Source: Haliotis cracherodii (lineage: Eukaryota). Taken from it: a stretch of DNA of 64,000 nucleotides. Made by a program: the position numbers and the translations under genes. Where the stretch lies: the NCBI RefSeq assembly GCF_022045235.1, contig NW_027266271.1, positions 30,690,001 through 30,754,000 of the forward strand, in the 5' to 3' direction. Positions within the stretch are counted from its first letter, which is position 1; each line of letters begins with the position of its first letter. The notes below the pieces were generated by a model. That model saw only the letters and a program-made list of their open reading frames with translations. It made no database searches and was not told the origin of the DNA. Shown here in pieces: positions 13,486-26,514 of this stretch.

Positions 13486-16400
13486 GTGAACTCTGTAACA
13501 ACAATAGCGGCTAATGCCTGCTATAATCTCTAGGGTGTGTGAATTCAATTTTTGTTAAATGTCCCGAGTTGTGGCGATGAATGTGAACTATCTAAATAGT
13601 TGCTGTGTTAAAACATGTATTGCATGTTTACCTTGGCAAACAATCTGAGCATTTTCTTTCGCCATCCTAACAAGACCAGTTTTAATCGTGATGTGAATGT
13701 GACCTTCACCTTCAGGAGGGAGCCACTTTACGATTTATTTACCTTTTTCCTTGTTTGGTTAGTAAAGGTGCACTCGGAACATAGCGTGCCCTGTTCGCTC
13801 ATCTCTATAATTGACTGGTAAAGGTTGGAATAAAACAATGTGTACATGTGTATCTAAAGAACTTGCTTGACACAGGGAACTAGATGACTCTGTATGTTGT
13901 AGGAGATTGACGATAGAAACAGAGTACAGAGACTTGTAATGCGAACACATTCACCATTTGGTCCTGTGGTTTGAAATTACAGACTGCTGTGATATTACTA
14001 TTGCTAATCTGAGTGATGGACATACAGCAGCTCCTTCAGTGACCTGTCAGATTCCCTGCCTCCAGTTTGACATCAATGCACAGGGGAGACACTAACTGGA
14101 CTTCAAATAGTATCTCCGGGAATAAATGCATGATATTTTGGGTTCAGAATAGATTGTTATTTATGGTGGAGTACATATGGCACTGTGGTGTTTGTTAGCC
14201 AGCAGTTGTGACCTATTGTCTTGATCTGGAGTTGTTGTTGAGCGGCCAAGTGGCTAATGTGATTGCTCATCACATTAGAAGTCTGGGTTTGAATCCACTC
14301 AATTAGAATAAATGTAATTCTACGTCTGCAAATGTTGTGTAAAAAAACACAAAATAATAAGTCTTTGAAAGGCATTTAGAAGTGATGCACGTAAGAAAGA
14401 GAATGGTGAGGGAGAAAGAGTTGCCTTCCAAAATTCTCTTCCTCACGAAAAAATAGTTTCATTATCACAATTTATGTTATTGTCTCGTGTGAAGTTTTTT
14501 GCTTGTTCTGTTTTTCCTGAGTGACATTCCTCTTTGACATATTCTCATCACAGTGCATTTGATGAGGAGGTGTCCTCAAGAACTCAGGAGATTAATTGAT
14601 TAATTTTTTCATTAATTTCTCTCTGGCCTATTGCTTCTGTTGCTTATAGGGGGTACATGCCATATTTCTGAAGTTGAACATTATTTTTACAACTTTTACC
14701 CTGACTGAATACTCGAGGTAAAAAAATGTTCACTGTCATAAAGATGCTCATCAATTGATTTTATTTCCCCAGAAGATTGTAAATGGCTTGGTAAAAAAGA
14801 TGGCCATCACTAATAGTGCAGAGATGCATTAGAGTTTTTGTTGACAGCAATCTGTCTTTCTCCAAATTCTTGTCTGAGATATAAATCTACAAGTGTCAGA
14901 TGAATGTTATAGAGTTCCTCAAACCCAGTTTTTGTGTCGTCCAGTCTTGGATGGTGATTGTGTCCAGTCTCGGATCGCTATAATCCCCAAATGACCTCCA
15001 AGATTTTAGGAAATCTTTATGGTATATTGCATGAGATTAATCCCTCTCCAACTCAGGCAGACAGCTCGGTCATTAGAGGAATTTTCTGGAGTATTGATTT
15101 TATTATAAAAAAATTTAGGAGCTCATGTTTAACTAGCTTTGTTAAATGTCTTTATTTCTTCTTTTGGAAGCATTTGTTCCAGACTTGTGTTCATGAGGAT
15201 GCCATTATTTGCATTCACTGAAATTCTCTCGTCCTTACAGTCACGAAGGAGATTGGTGTTAAAAACTAAAGAAGAGCATTAGCTCCTGAAAATAATTGGA
15301 GTAGTTACTCTTTAGTCTCCTATTAGAAAAAATGAATAATAAATTACATTATTTTGTCTTTAAATAGCAAGAGATTAATGGTCATACTGTGGGACGTCCA
15401 TGGATTTTATAATGTTTTTCAATGTTCTTTACAAGCTGTCTCCCAGATCTATAGGGTTAGTCTCCAATGGCAATCTCCAGCAGGGCGGAATGTTGTCATT
15501 AATGGAGAATACATATAATCCCTGTGTTGCTTCTTCTATGTCTTACAAATAGATACATCATGCTTGTTGCAACTGACATAGCCATATATTTAATGGTTAA
15601 CCCTTTGCTGTGTAGCCAGACATTTTTTCTGAGTGTTTTCGAAGTTACATATCAAAGTTTGGCCGTGGGCATGTGTAGTCTGTGAGAGAACAGAAGAGAT
15701 TTGGTCAGTGGACAAGAATATTAATGTGTCATTGATTAATTGACATCTGTTAAAGTTGCATGAGATGCATCCGGCCTGAGTCAACAATCATGGCTGAAGT
15801 GTGGGGGGAACGCCGGGTACTATTTGCCTCACAACTAGTAATGCTGCATCAAAGTTGACAAGTGAAGCCCTCACCCTCAAGCGTTTCTTTTTTAACCTCA
15901 TTCTGTAATTGTTCAGTGAAGTCAAGAGTCTATTCACCATGTTAGACAATTGCAAACATCAGTCCAAAATGGAACTTTAATATTTTTGAAGTAGAATAGT
16001 CTCTAAGAAGTTAAGTAGTCACTGAAAAGAGGTTAGATAAAATTCCACTTGCTTGGACCAGTCAAGTGTGAATTGGACTGCTAGTTTGTATAAAACTAAT
16101 CAGACTGTGAGCCGTTAGGCGTGGGAACAAATATTTTAGGATTTTGGAAAATGCTTGTCACATCATACAACTAGGCAATGAACACAGACACATTGGATTT
16201 GTCCTTTGTCTCAATGAAAATAATTAATCTCACTCACGTTGTCAGTATCCTTGAATAATCTGCTGTTCAGAGCATGGGCCATGCTCACAAAGTAAGACAG
16301 TTGAAAGTCTGTGATAAACTACAGAGTTTCAATACAGGGATGTTCAGAGGCTACATCAAGACCCTGTAGAGGTTCTCATGCTGAGGATATACTGCTCAGT

Positions 16401-16626
16401 GGGGAATTGGTGCTTATAATGAATGCTCATTGTGGACTGAGCTGATTTGGTGTGTCATTGCTAAGATGACTGGGTTTGATTCATGCACAGTCAGCAGTGG
16501 TCTGTCTGCTCCAGAAGAAATCATAAAACTAACAGATTCATAAATTATAGTTAAGGACTGTACTAATAAGAAAATTGTATTGTAATATGTGTTGCGATAT
16601 ATTGGGAGTTAAAGTGTTTGACTGAC

Positions 16627-17112
16627 TGTTTTATTGGTACAGGGAGTTAATTGGTCCAAGCAGATCCTGTTTTATTGGTACAGGCAGATCCTGTTATATT
16701 GGTACAAGCAGATCCTGTTATATTGGTACAAGCAGATCCTGTTATATTGGTACAGGCAGATCCTGTTATATTGGTACAGACAGATCCTGTTATATTGGTA
16801 CCAGCAGATCCTGTTATATTGGTACCAGCAGAACTGTTATATTGGTACAAGCAGATCCTGTTTTATTGGTACAAGCAGATCCTGTTATATTGGTACAGAC
16901 AGATCTGTTATATTGGTACCAGCAGATCCTGTTATATTGGTACAAGCAGATCCTGTTTTATTGGTACCGGCAGATCCTGTTATATTGGTACCAGCAGATC
17001 CTGTTTTGTATTGGTACAAGCAGATCCTGTTATATTGGTACAAGCAGATCCTGTTTTATTGGTACAAGCAGATCCTGTTTTATTGGTACAAGCAGATCCT
17101 GTTTTATTGGTA
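16627..17112. repeat. 24-bp minisatellite, ~20 copies
   Basis: Unit TATTGGTACAAGCAGATCCTGTTA; explains QILLYWYK and VQADPVIL repeat ORFs. Confidence 0.97.
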
Positions 17113-19750
17113 AATTTCATGATGCCATCGTTGCTTCCACTATGAGAAAGGAATCACCTCCGGATTTCCTCCATTTTGTCAATCAGTTTCAAAGGGAAAC
17201 GTCATTTGTGAATGAATTTCTGTGTAGATTTTAGTTTAAACAATGCAAATAATAATGAAACTTGTTCTATATATTTTAACCAATACACTGTAAGTGTAGC
17301 AGAAACAATAAGGCATTTCTTATCCTTGATAAGCATATTCCAGTACATTGGTATTCCACTGAGACTGTGCCGTCCCAGCTGATTGGCTTTTTAGTTTTCA
17401 AAATAATTTTTATTTTCTTTCACACTGTGTTGTTGGTTTCATCCAAACATCTCATCAACAATGTTGACAAATTAATGTCAGACACATGATCGCTAATCAT
17501 GCAACTGAGATACACGGCTGAACACACAGTGTCATGTCCTAGAATCTTGGAACAACCCCTGTAAAGCATGTAGCAAACTCCATATCTATTTGACTCAAAT
17601 ATTGTTTGTCACAAGTCTTTGTGAGATTTGGAGATTCCTTATGTTGCTTGTTTGTTTTCTTTTTTTTATATCAACACATCTGATCGTAAGACAATCCAAG
17701 AATTGTGTGCCTGGTTCTAGTTTGGTAGGGTGCATTAACAATTCTCAGTAGGCAGGAAATATTCAGCTGATTAGCCGTCCCTGTTGTATTCCGCGGCCAA
17801 AAGAATTTATAACAAATTCGGTATTTTATTGTAAATTCTGCAACCAGAATTCTTTATCATTCTTCACACTGTTCAATTTAAGCTTAGTTTTCTGAATTTC
17901 TTACTTTTGCATATGTTTGACTTGTGACAGAGCTTATTGGACATGTTGGAGGGAATCTGGTGATCTTTAGTGTAGACATACAGACATTCACTTTAAGCAA
18001 TAACATAAAAGTCAGCTTCTCTTCAAAATGAAATCAGTACATTGATGTTATTTCACAATTTCTACAAATGTCAAATGTTGGTAAATACTTTTTTCTTTTT
18101 TTCACATTTAGCACGAACATCTCAAATACCCATTTGGAATGTTTTAATTAGAATATTATGACTGTTCATTTCAGTAAATCTGTACAACGTTTATACATTC
18201 AAAAACAGCTTTCAACTTCCATGTTAAAATTCTGCAGTGCTTTTTTTATGAATTGTGCGGCAGAAAAATGTTATGAGTTCTGTATGAAAGGTGATTTTCT
18301 GCAAGATAGGCACATTTCTGCAAGAAGTGGGCATTTCTGCAAAATAGTCCGCGGAATCGTGGAATACAGCGAAGACTGGATTATGAACTGTGGCTGTATA
18401 TAGGAGCCGTCTCTGAGTTATTAGTGTCGTGGAGACACCCATAGTCAAGGGTCTGCATTAATCTCCATCTGTAATGTGGTCAAGTCCCTCAGACATGTTT
18501 ATGTAATTCTCCCCTATAAACCCTTCATAAATTGCCTTGCTTAATGTTACCAAGGCTGGCTGTTTCGTAACAGCTTACCGTATTTGTAGAATTTGAATAA
18601 CTGAATTGATCATTCACCGAACTGTGTCAATATGGTAGGTGTAGAAATATTCTCATGCATATTATTTACATTGCAGTTTTAGATTTTGAAGATTATGGTT
18701 TAGAAATGAACCCTTGCTATCAGATATGGACTCAGTCCTAGGTAATTGTTTATGAATTAACCATGGACAATTTATTCATCTGTTCTACATGATATTATGC
18801 TTTGTGGTCAGATTTTGTTTTTTCCATGTCAATATACCATTAAAAACTGAATTAATTTCATCACATTGCACATAGATAGTGTAAGAGTCACACAGTTTCT
18901 GTTGACTTCTTGAATCTTTTTTTCGCCAACAGTAGGTTGTAGAAAATGTTTTGAAGGGACCTGCTTCATTAACTTGGTCGCCAGACTCCAGATATATCCG
19001 GCTTCTTAAGACACAGATTCGGCAGATAGGTGGCTATTCAGACTACAATTGCTGCCAAGTTGGTTTCATGGTGACCCCTCTGGTCTCAATATTTATCAGC
19101 AGATTTATTTTCATCAGACTGGTCTCAGGTTAGTGTATTGACATCTGCATCCATATTGTGAGTCCTTCATTGATCCGTCTAAGTAAGTCCCAGTAAATCT
19201 GTATTGGTACCTTTGCTTTCCTGATCATTTCCGGGATGGGGACAGAAGTGACCACCGGGCGCTGTTCTTTTGTCCGAATACGCACGGTGTCGGAAGTGGT
19301 GAAGTGTGGGCAAACCAGACAGGCATTACGCTGGGCTCGGAGGATCTTCACCGGAAAGATTTATTGTTTGAATGTTGTATTGCCGTCTGAAGGAGGTAGT
19401 GGGGTCCTGAGCCAGTTTTGACCATGGCAGTGGAAGCAGTTGCTGCCTGAATAAATCACCATCATAGATAGTTTAGGGAGGAAGGCTACAGGCACTCGCT
19501 AGAATGCTGGGTGTAATGTCAAGTCTTGTTCTTCAGAAAACAGTGTCGCAATCTGATTGAAGAACAACTGCATTCTAAAAATACAATAAATGCAGAGATG
19601 CAGAAAACTTCTAATAAAACTTTGAATTTAATGGAATTCGCTGTGTCAGTGAATCAGTGATTGAAATTATGAATGAAAGTCGTTGGTCCTTGTCATGTCT
19701 CTGGTCCTTGTCATGTCTCTGGTATAAGGACAGAGAATGAGGGGGTCCAT

Positions 19751-19873
19751 CGGTTTGTTTGTTGCTTACCTTACACTAAGCAATATTCCAGTTATGTATG
19801 CATGACGGCAGTATGTAAATAATCAGATCAAGGCCAGGGAGTCCAGTGACTGACGTCATGAACATCAATCTAC
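19751..19873 (-). mobile_element. SINE-like family B, 3' fragment with TSD
   Basis: Reverse-complement tail GTTTGTTTG..GCAATATTCCAG..GTAAATAATC; flanked by 10-bp direct repeat GGGGGTCCAT (19741-19750, 19874-19883). Confidence 0.75.
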
Positions 19874-20038
19874 GGGGGTCCATGGGCAACATGCTACAGC
19901 GAAAACATCAACCACCACAGAAACTCCTTATTTTATGAAAATATCACAAAGTGGAATCTGCAGAAACTTCCATCCGTATGATAGAACCTTTGTCCAGTGC
20001 TCCACAGTCCTAAGCTGACTCCAGTTTTAAGCACTCCA

Positions 20039-20188
20039 GGGCCCGTGGGGTAGCCTAGTGGGTAAAGTGTTTGCTTGGGGTCGATTCCTGACATGGGTAC
20101 AATGTGTGAAGCCCATTTCTGAAGTCCCCCACCATGATACTGCTGAAATATTGCCAAAAGCAGCGTAAAACCATACTCACTCACCCAC
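20039..20188 (+). mobile_element. SINE family A with 12-bp TSD
   Basis: GGGTAGCCTAGTGG...GTCGATTCC..ACATGGGTACAATGTGTGAAGCCC...GCGTAAAAC(CACT)n; TSD TTAAGCACTCCA (20027-20038, 20189-20200). Confidence 0.9.
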
Positions 20189-20194
20189 TTAAGC

Positions 20195-20283
20195 ACTCCA
20201 CTCCGCTCCACTCCGCTCCACTCCACTCCACTCCACTCCGCTCCACTCCACTCCACTCCAATCCACTCCACTCCAATCCACTC
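20195..20283. repeat. (CTCCA)n microsatellite
   Basis: ~17 pentamer units starting inside the right TSD of the adjacent SINE. Confidence 0.92.
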
Positions 20284-20613
20284 ACACAAAGCTGATACCA
20301 AGAGATCAGACTGAATGGCCCACAATATATCCTATATAAGTCCAATATAGGCTGACAATATGTGAACTGCTCCAGCAAGAGAACTAATTGTCTCTAACCT
20401 GGTGGTCATTCATTACATGAGTGTGTTTGTTATTTCTAAGCATTATCTATCGTAATAACAAGTACCATTGTTTCCCTCTATCCTTCATTATACCATCCCA
20501 GAATCTGGTGATGTTAACCCTTGCTGGGTCATCTTAGACTGGGCTGAGTGAGTGAGTGAGTGATGGGACCCACTGGAGGGGGATGTATGTCATCTCTTGG
20601 TACTATTTTGGTA

Positions 20614-20930
20614 CAGTGATTGAAATTTTTTAAAACCCAACAAGACAGTCGGTCAGGTGACCCAGAAATATTGCCTGCCCATATTCAAAGGCACCTGCCC
20701 GCATTCAGACATTATGAATGCTGAAAAATCGCAAATAGCAAACAAATAGTATCTTGATTCAGTTGATTAAGACAAACAATTACTTGAGAATCTACGAGTA
20801 GTTTTGATAATAGTAAGTAAGTAAGGTAGTCTTTAATGTATCTGCCAGACAGTCGGGCAGGTGGAGGAAAATTTCACGCAGCCCGACTGAAAAGTTATCT
20901 GCCACGTGCAGGCAGTTATTTGGGACACTG
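20614..20930. mobile_element. hAT-like non-autonomous element (MITE)
   Basis: Termini CAGTG...CACTG; flanking 8-mers TTTTGGTA / CATTGGTA (6/8 match, hAT-size TSD); subterminal GCCCG/CGGGCAGGT motifs at both ends. Confidence 0.6.
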
Positions 20931-21741
20931 CATTGGTATGGCAAACGTCACTGTGAACACATCATTTCATTGTTTGCTTGTACAGCTGCTGTTTTATAAG
21001 CTTTCTGGTTTGTGGATTTCAGTTACTATCTATTTCTACCTGAGCTGCATCTGTGAGTATCACATTGTTGTGACTCAGAGCATTGTGATAGGCTAACATC
21101 ATTGCTGGTGGTATACGAGATTGTATCACCCAGATCAGGCAGACACTGAGTTATACGTGACCATGTCACTGGATTTGAGTTATATTTGACAATGTCAATA
21201 TGTGAGTTATTTTAGACAGTATCATAGTTATATTAGACAGTGTCAGTATATGAGAAGTATATTATACTGCATCACAGTTATGCTAGACACTATCACCAGA
21301 TGGTGAGACTCGAGACTTGACTATTTTAGGAAGATAAAATACTTAGGCACAGTAGAGAACACTCGTTAAAACAACTTGCCATTTGATGAGGGAGAGAAGT
21401 TTATATCGTGATCTCATGTCTAGTGATTACGTCTGTGACTAGGATCCACGGCCGGTAACATCTCGTAAAACAGCCTGCATGATGACGGTAATCCTATTGT
21501 GGTTACTTTAAATAACGTCATAAATATGAGAGAGCTATCTCAAGTCTCTGGATTTATGAGGTACCATGTTGTACAATCAGATGCTGTGACTGATCGAGAA
21601 TCTGGGCCACAGTGAGTTGTATGTAGAAGTAGGACTCCACTGTCAGTAGAGTGTTGGTTTTCTCTGAAATGAGATGACATCAGCGGGGGTATGATAAGGA
21701 ACGTAATGAACTCTTTGAAACCTGTCGCAATACATGTCACC

Positions 21742-22028
21742 TGGTACATGTCTTGGTATTTATTACCCTGTGTGATGGTACATGTCGGTATTTATTACCC
21801 TGTGTGATGGTACATGTCTTGGTATTTATTTACCCTGTGTGATGGTACATGTCTTGGTATTTATTACCCTGTGTGATGGTACATGTCTTGGTATTTTTTT
21901 ACCCTGTGTGATGGTGCATGTCTTGGTATTTATTTACCTGGTGTGATGGTACATGTCTTGGTATTTATTTACCTGGTGTGATGGTACATGTCTTGGTATT
22001 GATTTACCCGGTTTGATGGTACATGTCT
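21742..22028. repeat. ~34-bp minisatellite, ~8 copies
   Basis: Unit GGTACATGTCTTGGTATTTATTACCCTGTGTGAT. Confidence 0.95.
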
Positions 22029-22582
22029 ATGATGCCTTTGCTTATCTTGTTCAAGGATAACTAATTCCCTTGCACGATGATTATGTTCCCAAATTAATAC
22101 TGACATTGAGCAGACATTGACCAGTGGTCGATATCTCGATCACCCGTCTTGGCAGTCGGCAAGATCCTGCATGTTAACCACTTTATCCACTTGTAAGCGG
22201 TTGGTTGACCAAAGGTTGGGGGGCTGTTCCACCATGTAAGCTAAAACACTGGGCAAGTTGTCATTATGAACAGGCAGTGATTCCCACTATCCCTGCAGTC
22301 TTGTCTGTGGCTGCCAAAGTCTCTCCTAGGGGAAGTGACACATATCCCACTATCCCTGTGTTCCCGATGATGATGCTGCAGCCTTGACTATGGCTACCAA
22401 AGTCTCTACAAGGGGATTTCTCACACTAATGACTTGATCCCCCCACCCCCAGGGAGTTGGCACTGGGATGATGACACCCTCGGGACATGCTAACCAAGTT
22501 ACTGGTGGCCGGGCAGGTCATACCACCAGGTGGTTCTTGACCCACATAAACTGGCACGGAGCACAGCTACAATGTTGTCCAG

Positions 22583-22690
22583 GGTGCCGTTGTACAAAGC
22601 AACCTTAGCACTACGACTGTTGTAAGTCTTATGTCAAGGCATGGGAGTTGCGATCACCTTAGCGCTACGATCACCTTGTGCAATGGCACC
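22583..22690. mobile_element. Harbinger/Tourist-type MITE, copy 1
   Basis: TIRs GGTGCCGTTGTACAA / TTGTGCAATGGCACC (2 mismatches); perfect CAG TSD (22580-82, 22691-93); internal CTTAGCRCTACGA motifs. Confidence 0.8.
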
Positions 22691-22735
22691 CAGACCAGTT
22701 GACCAGATATTGTCCAGACCATTTGACAAGATGTA

Positions 22736-23850
22736 CCGTATTTTCTTGAGTATAGTGCGCACCCATGTATAATGCGCACCCCCCTCTAGCGGGTTCAATA
22801 TTTTGGAAAAAAAAGAAATTTGAATGTTATGCGCAGAAAAAATTTACACCGTACCCTTTCAGCGAAGTCCGGCAAACGAACAGGTGCTGAGAAACTTCGT
22901 CAGTACAAATTCGAAATTTGAGATAAAAAATCACCAGACATGTTTATTTACCGTTTAAATAGTATTTATTGTTGTGCTAGGCATTGTTTTATATCTAGGG
23001 ATTAAGATTACCTTGAGTATTTTCTCGTAAACTAAGCCGGAAACAGCAATCAGCTGTACACACGTTTTCTTGGAATCGACCGGTGATTCGGTCAAGACAC
23101 ACCCAATGATATAACTTTATAGGATTTTTAATGCGAGGATCGGCAACAATTGTATCTGAAACTATTTTATTTATCAGGAATAATATATTCCATTATTTTC
23201 TTAATTATATGCAGCCTTTACTAAACATATTTAAAATAATAATAACCCTAAGCGAAGCAGCTGATCGCTATTCCCGGGTATTATTTTTTACATGGAACAT
23301 GTCTGACCAGTCACCGTCAAGGCTCACGCGCACGTGAGCACGTGAGCGCGAGAATTTCATGTTGACATAGAATCGTCAAACAAAAACAAATATGACTTTT
23401 AACGAGTCAAAGTATGTCATTTATGATATATGTATCCATTCTCTGTCAACTAAAGTTCGTTTCAAGGCGTCAATAGCGGTATTCTGACCGTGGTTGCTGT
23501 TAATAACGGTGAGTTGTGCGATCTTCCGATCGCTTCACACACGATTTCGCCGAAATTAATAAAAACAATATTATAAGGAATTTTGAATAAAATTAATGAA
23601 GTAAGTTACAAACATAAGTCCAGAAATACACAGAACACTTTTTATAGACAGACAGTGTAATTACATAATTATTTTGCGCACTTCAGTATGGATTTGTTGA
23701 CATGGTATTTCCGGTGTTTCGTGCTCACGGTAATGTCTTTCCATGGGAGGAAAAAACATCCAAACTCATAATTCGTGTATAATGCGCACCCCCTTCTACA
23801 CAGCTGTGTTTTTTCGAAAAAAAGTGCGCACTATACTCAAGAAAATACGG
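22736..23850. mobile_element. Non-autonomous Tc1/mariner-superfamily element (Tc2/pogo-like CCGTA termini)
   Basis: Perfect 27-bp TIR CCGTATTTTCTTGAGTATAGTGCGCAC; TA TSD (22734-35, 23851-52); subterminal TGTATAATGCGCACCCC at both ends; no transposase ORF. Confidence 0.92.
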
Positions 23851-23877
23851 TACTTCACCTTCTGTGGCTCTGTAACT

Positions 23878-24011
23878 TGGTTTGATTGCATGTCACCATA
23901 CCCTGATGGCATGGATCATTGCCCATAATGGCTATCATTGGATTGTCTGGTCGATTTATGGGCTACCGTCCTATAGCTGGAATATTGCTGATTCCAGCGT
24001 TAACAACAAAC
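23878..24011 (+). mobile_element. SINE-like family B, degenerate 3' part
   Basis: CATTGGATTGTCTGGTC...TATAGCTGGAATATTGCTGA..GCGTTAACAACAAAC. Confidence 0.7.
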
Positions 24012-24786
24012 ATCTGGCATACTTAAAGCAGTATGCAATGAATTACATTCATATAAGAGTGTACAATCATGATTGAAAAGTCTCAAATCTGCAACAGTTG
24101 GATACACATGATATAATCTCTGTGACAGACCATGAGGACTAAGGAGATCGGATACAAGATGGAAACCATTAATTATCAACAAAGGAAGAGACAGAAACAC
24201 AATTGGCTGTGTTTGGTTTTGTCAGGTGACCTGTCAACCATTTTGTCAAACAGCGGGTGGGAGTCCTCTGTGTGGAGATGTTTTGACCCAGAATAACCCC
24301 AGGGTATTTGTCCTATCACCCATGGGTTCTCGCTGATGGGGACTGGACCTGACAGAGTTAAAGAAAACCCTGTCAGGCTTGGCACAAGAATGTCCCGTGG
24401 CTGGTGGGGCGGACTGCCCAGGAAGGAGGAGGCCACACTGAAATATACCCACAGGGAAACCTGGTTTGGGGGGGATAATTGGTGACATTTGACCTGCTTG
24501 TTTGCTGTTGGCTACGATTTCTGGGGTATTTGTGTCATTTATTTATACTTTTTAAGGTTCGGGTGTCTGGAAATGTGAGAAGCAGGAGGCTTGTTAAACT
24601 ATCATTAACAGAGATAAGAAGGACATTCCCCTATGTGTTGTCACCAGGTATTATTGTGGTCATGTTTCTCTACAGTCGGTTTATGCTGAAGTTACTGTCA
24701 CGACTGTATGACCTGTGTTATCCCCTCAGTGCCGTGGCGTATTGCATTGCTCTACTTCTGGATTGCTGCGACTGTTCTGCGTCTGC

Positions 24787-25040
24787 TGGGGGGACGGGTG
24801 GCCCAGTCGTCTAAGGCACCGCGATTTGCTGTGCAGAGTTGTGTCCCTTGGGCATGTCAGAAACCTATGTTTGTGGGTTCGAATCCAGGTTCGTCCCGAT
24901 GATGTTTCAAGGTTTGTCAGCACCATACCCGTGCTCGTGGGTTTCACCGAAGTGGTAAACGTCTGAGACCCGCATCACTTCGGGCTTTCCTCCCACATTA
25001 AGCTGACATATAACTGGAATACTGTTAAAAGCAGCGTTAG
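24787..25040 (+). mobile_element. SINE family C (tRNA-Leu-like head with long insert)
   Basis: GTGGCCCAGTCGTCTAAGGCAC ... GTGGGTTCGAATCC; body ..GGGCTTTCCTCCCAC..AAGCTGAC; shared tail ATAACTGGAATACTGTTAAAAGC.GCGTTA + (CACT)n; TSD-like TCTGCGTCTGCT / TCTGTGTCTGCT. Confidence 0.85.
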
Positions 25041-25110
25041 ACCCACCTCACTCACTCACTCTGTGTCTGCTCTGCTGCATCTGCCATGCTAGGGGAGAAT
25101 GTTGCATGAT

Positions 25111-25405
25111 GGTTTGTTTTGTTTGTGTGTTGTTTAACGCTGCACCTAGCATTATTCAAGCTATGTGACAGCAGCCCATATATTGACCAGACAATCATGA
25201 TAGATATTAGGAGCAACGATCCATGCCGTGCGGTCTGTAAATAATCGAGTCACTCCACCGACTGACATCATGAGCATCGTTCTACGTAACTGGGATATGT
25301 TGACATGCATCAACCAAGTCAACCTGACCACCGGATCCCGTTAGTCGCCTCTAAGGACAAACATGGGTTGCTGAAGACCAGTTCTAACCAGGATGTCCAG
25401 GGTTC
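25111..25405 (-). mobile_element. SINE-like family B (composite, near full length)
   Basis: Reverse-complement tail at 25111-25170 and head GGATCCCGTTAGTCGCCTC...CATGGGTTGCTGAAGACCAGTTCTAACC at 25330-25400. Confidence 0.8.
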
Positions 25406-25647
25406 TCCATGATTGTACTGATGCACTTGTGTATATTGGAGGGGTCGTGGTTGGTTTCCCCATGAGATTCCGTTCAGTTCGGATCCCAGGGATTGGGTGG
25501 TCAGTATTGCTGCCGTGTAAGGATAGTCCTCATTGTTACCCATCTCTTCATTCTGCTTGTCTAATCAAGTGTCACTGTGACAATCGGACTTAGCGGTAAC
25601 CTTTGTGCCCTCATTACTGACTGTTCATAAAGGTTGTTCAAAGTTAC

Positions 25648-25789
25648 AGGGGGGCGGTCGGGTAGCCTAGTGGTTAAAGCGCTCACTCGTCCCGACATGG
25701 GTACAATGTGTGAAGCCCATTTCTGGTGTCCCCCGCCGTGATATTGCTGGAATATTGCTAAAAGCGGCGTAAAACCAAACTCACTCACT
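25648..25789 (+). mobile_element. SINE family A
   Basis: GGGGCGGTCGGGTAGCCTAGTGGTTAAAGCG...GATATTGCTGGAATATTGCTAAAAGCGGCGTAAAAC(CACT)n; AGTTACA repeated on both flanks. Confidence 0.9.
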
Positions 25790-25803
25790 AATAGTTACAA
25801 GAA

Positions 25804-26514
25804 TAAGATGTACTTGCTCTCAATGAGATGTACTTGCCATCAATGAAATGTACTTGCCATCAATGAGATGTACTTGCCATCAATGAGATGTACTTGCCAT
25901 CAATGAGATGTACTTGCCATCAATGAGATGTACTTGCCATCAATGAAATGTACTTGCCATCAATGAGATGTACTTGCCATCAATGAGATGTACTTGCCAT
26001 CAATGAGATGTACTTGCCATCAATGAGATGTACTTGCCATTAATGAGATGTACTTGCCATCAATGAGATGTACTTACTCCTAATAAGATGAAATGTACTT
26101 GCCATCAATGAGATGTACTTGCCATCAATGAGATGTACTTGCCATCAATGAGATGTATGAGATGTACTTGCCATCAATGAGATGTACTTGCCATCAATGA
26201 GATGTACTTGCCATCAATGAGATGTACTTGCCATCAATGAGATGTACTTGCCATCAATGAGATGTACTTGCCATCAGTGAGATGTACTTGCCATCAATGA
26301 GATGTATGAGATGTACTTGCCATCAATGAGATGTACTTGCCATCAATGAGATGTACTTGCCATCAATGAGATGTACTTGCCATCAGTGAGATGTACTTGC
26401 CATCAATGAGATGTATGAGATGTACTTGCCATCAATGAGATGTACTTGCCATCAATGAGATGTACTTGCCATCAATGAGATGTACTTGCCATCAATGAGA
26501 TGTACTTGCTCTCA
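25804..26514. repeat. 20-bp minisatellite, ~35 copies
   Basis: Unit CAATGAGATGTACTTGCCAT with recurrent partial TGAGATGTA inserts. Confidence 0.97.

Noticed and set aside
2284-17234. Repeat-peptide ORFs at 2.3, 12-13.5 and 16.6-17.2 kb
   Set aside because: Each is fully explained by a minisatellite unit.
17772-18378. Possible TIR element (TGTATTCCGCGG ... CCGCGGAAT..GGAATACAG)
   Set aside because: Termini are too degenerate and no clean TSD is visible; it may be an old MITE but I cannot support boundaries.
24787-24900. tRNA-Leu gene (also 48770, 55915) and other tRNA-like heads
   Set aside because: No intact cloverleaf or acceptor stem; each is followed by a SINE body and tail, often with a TSD.
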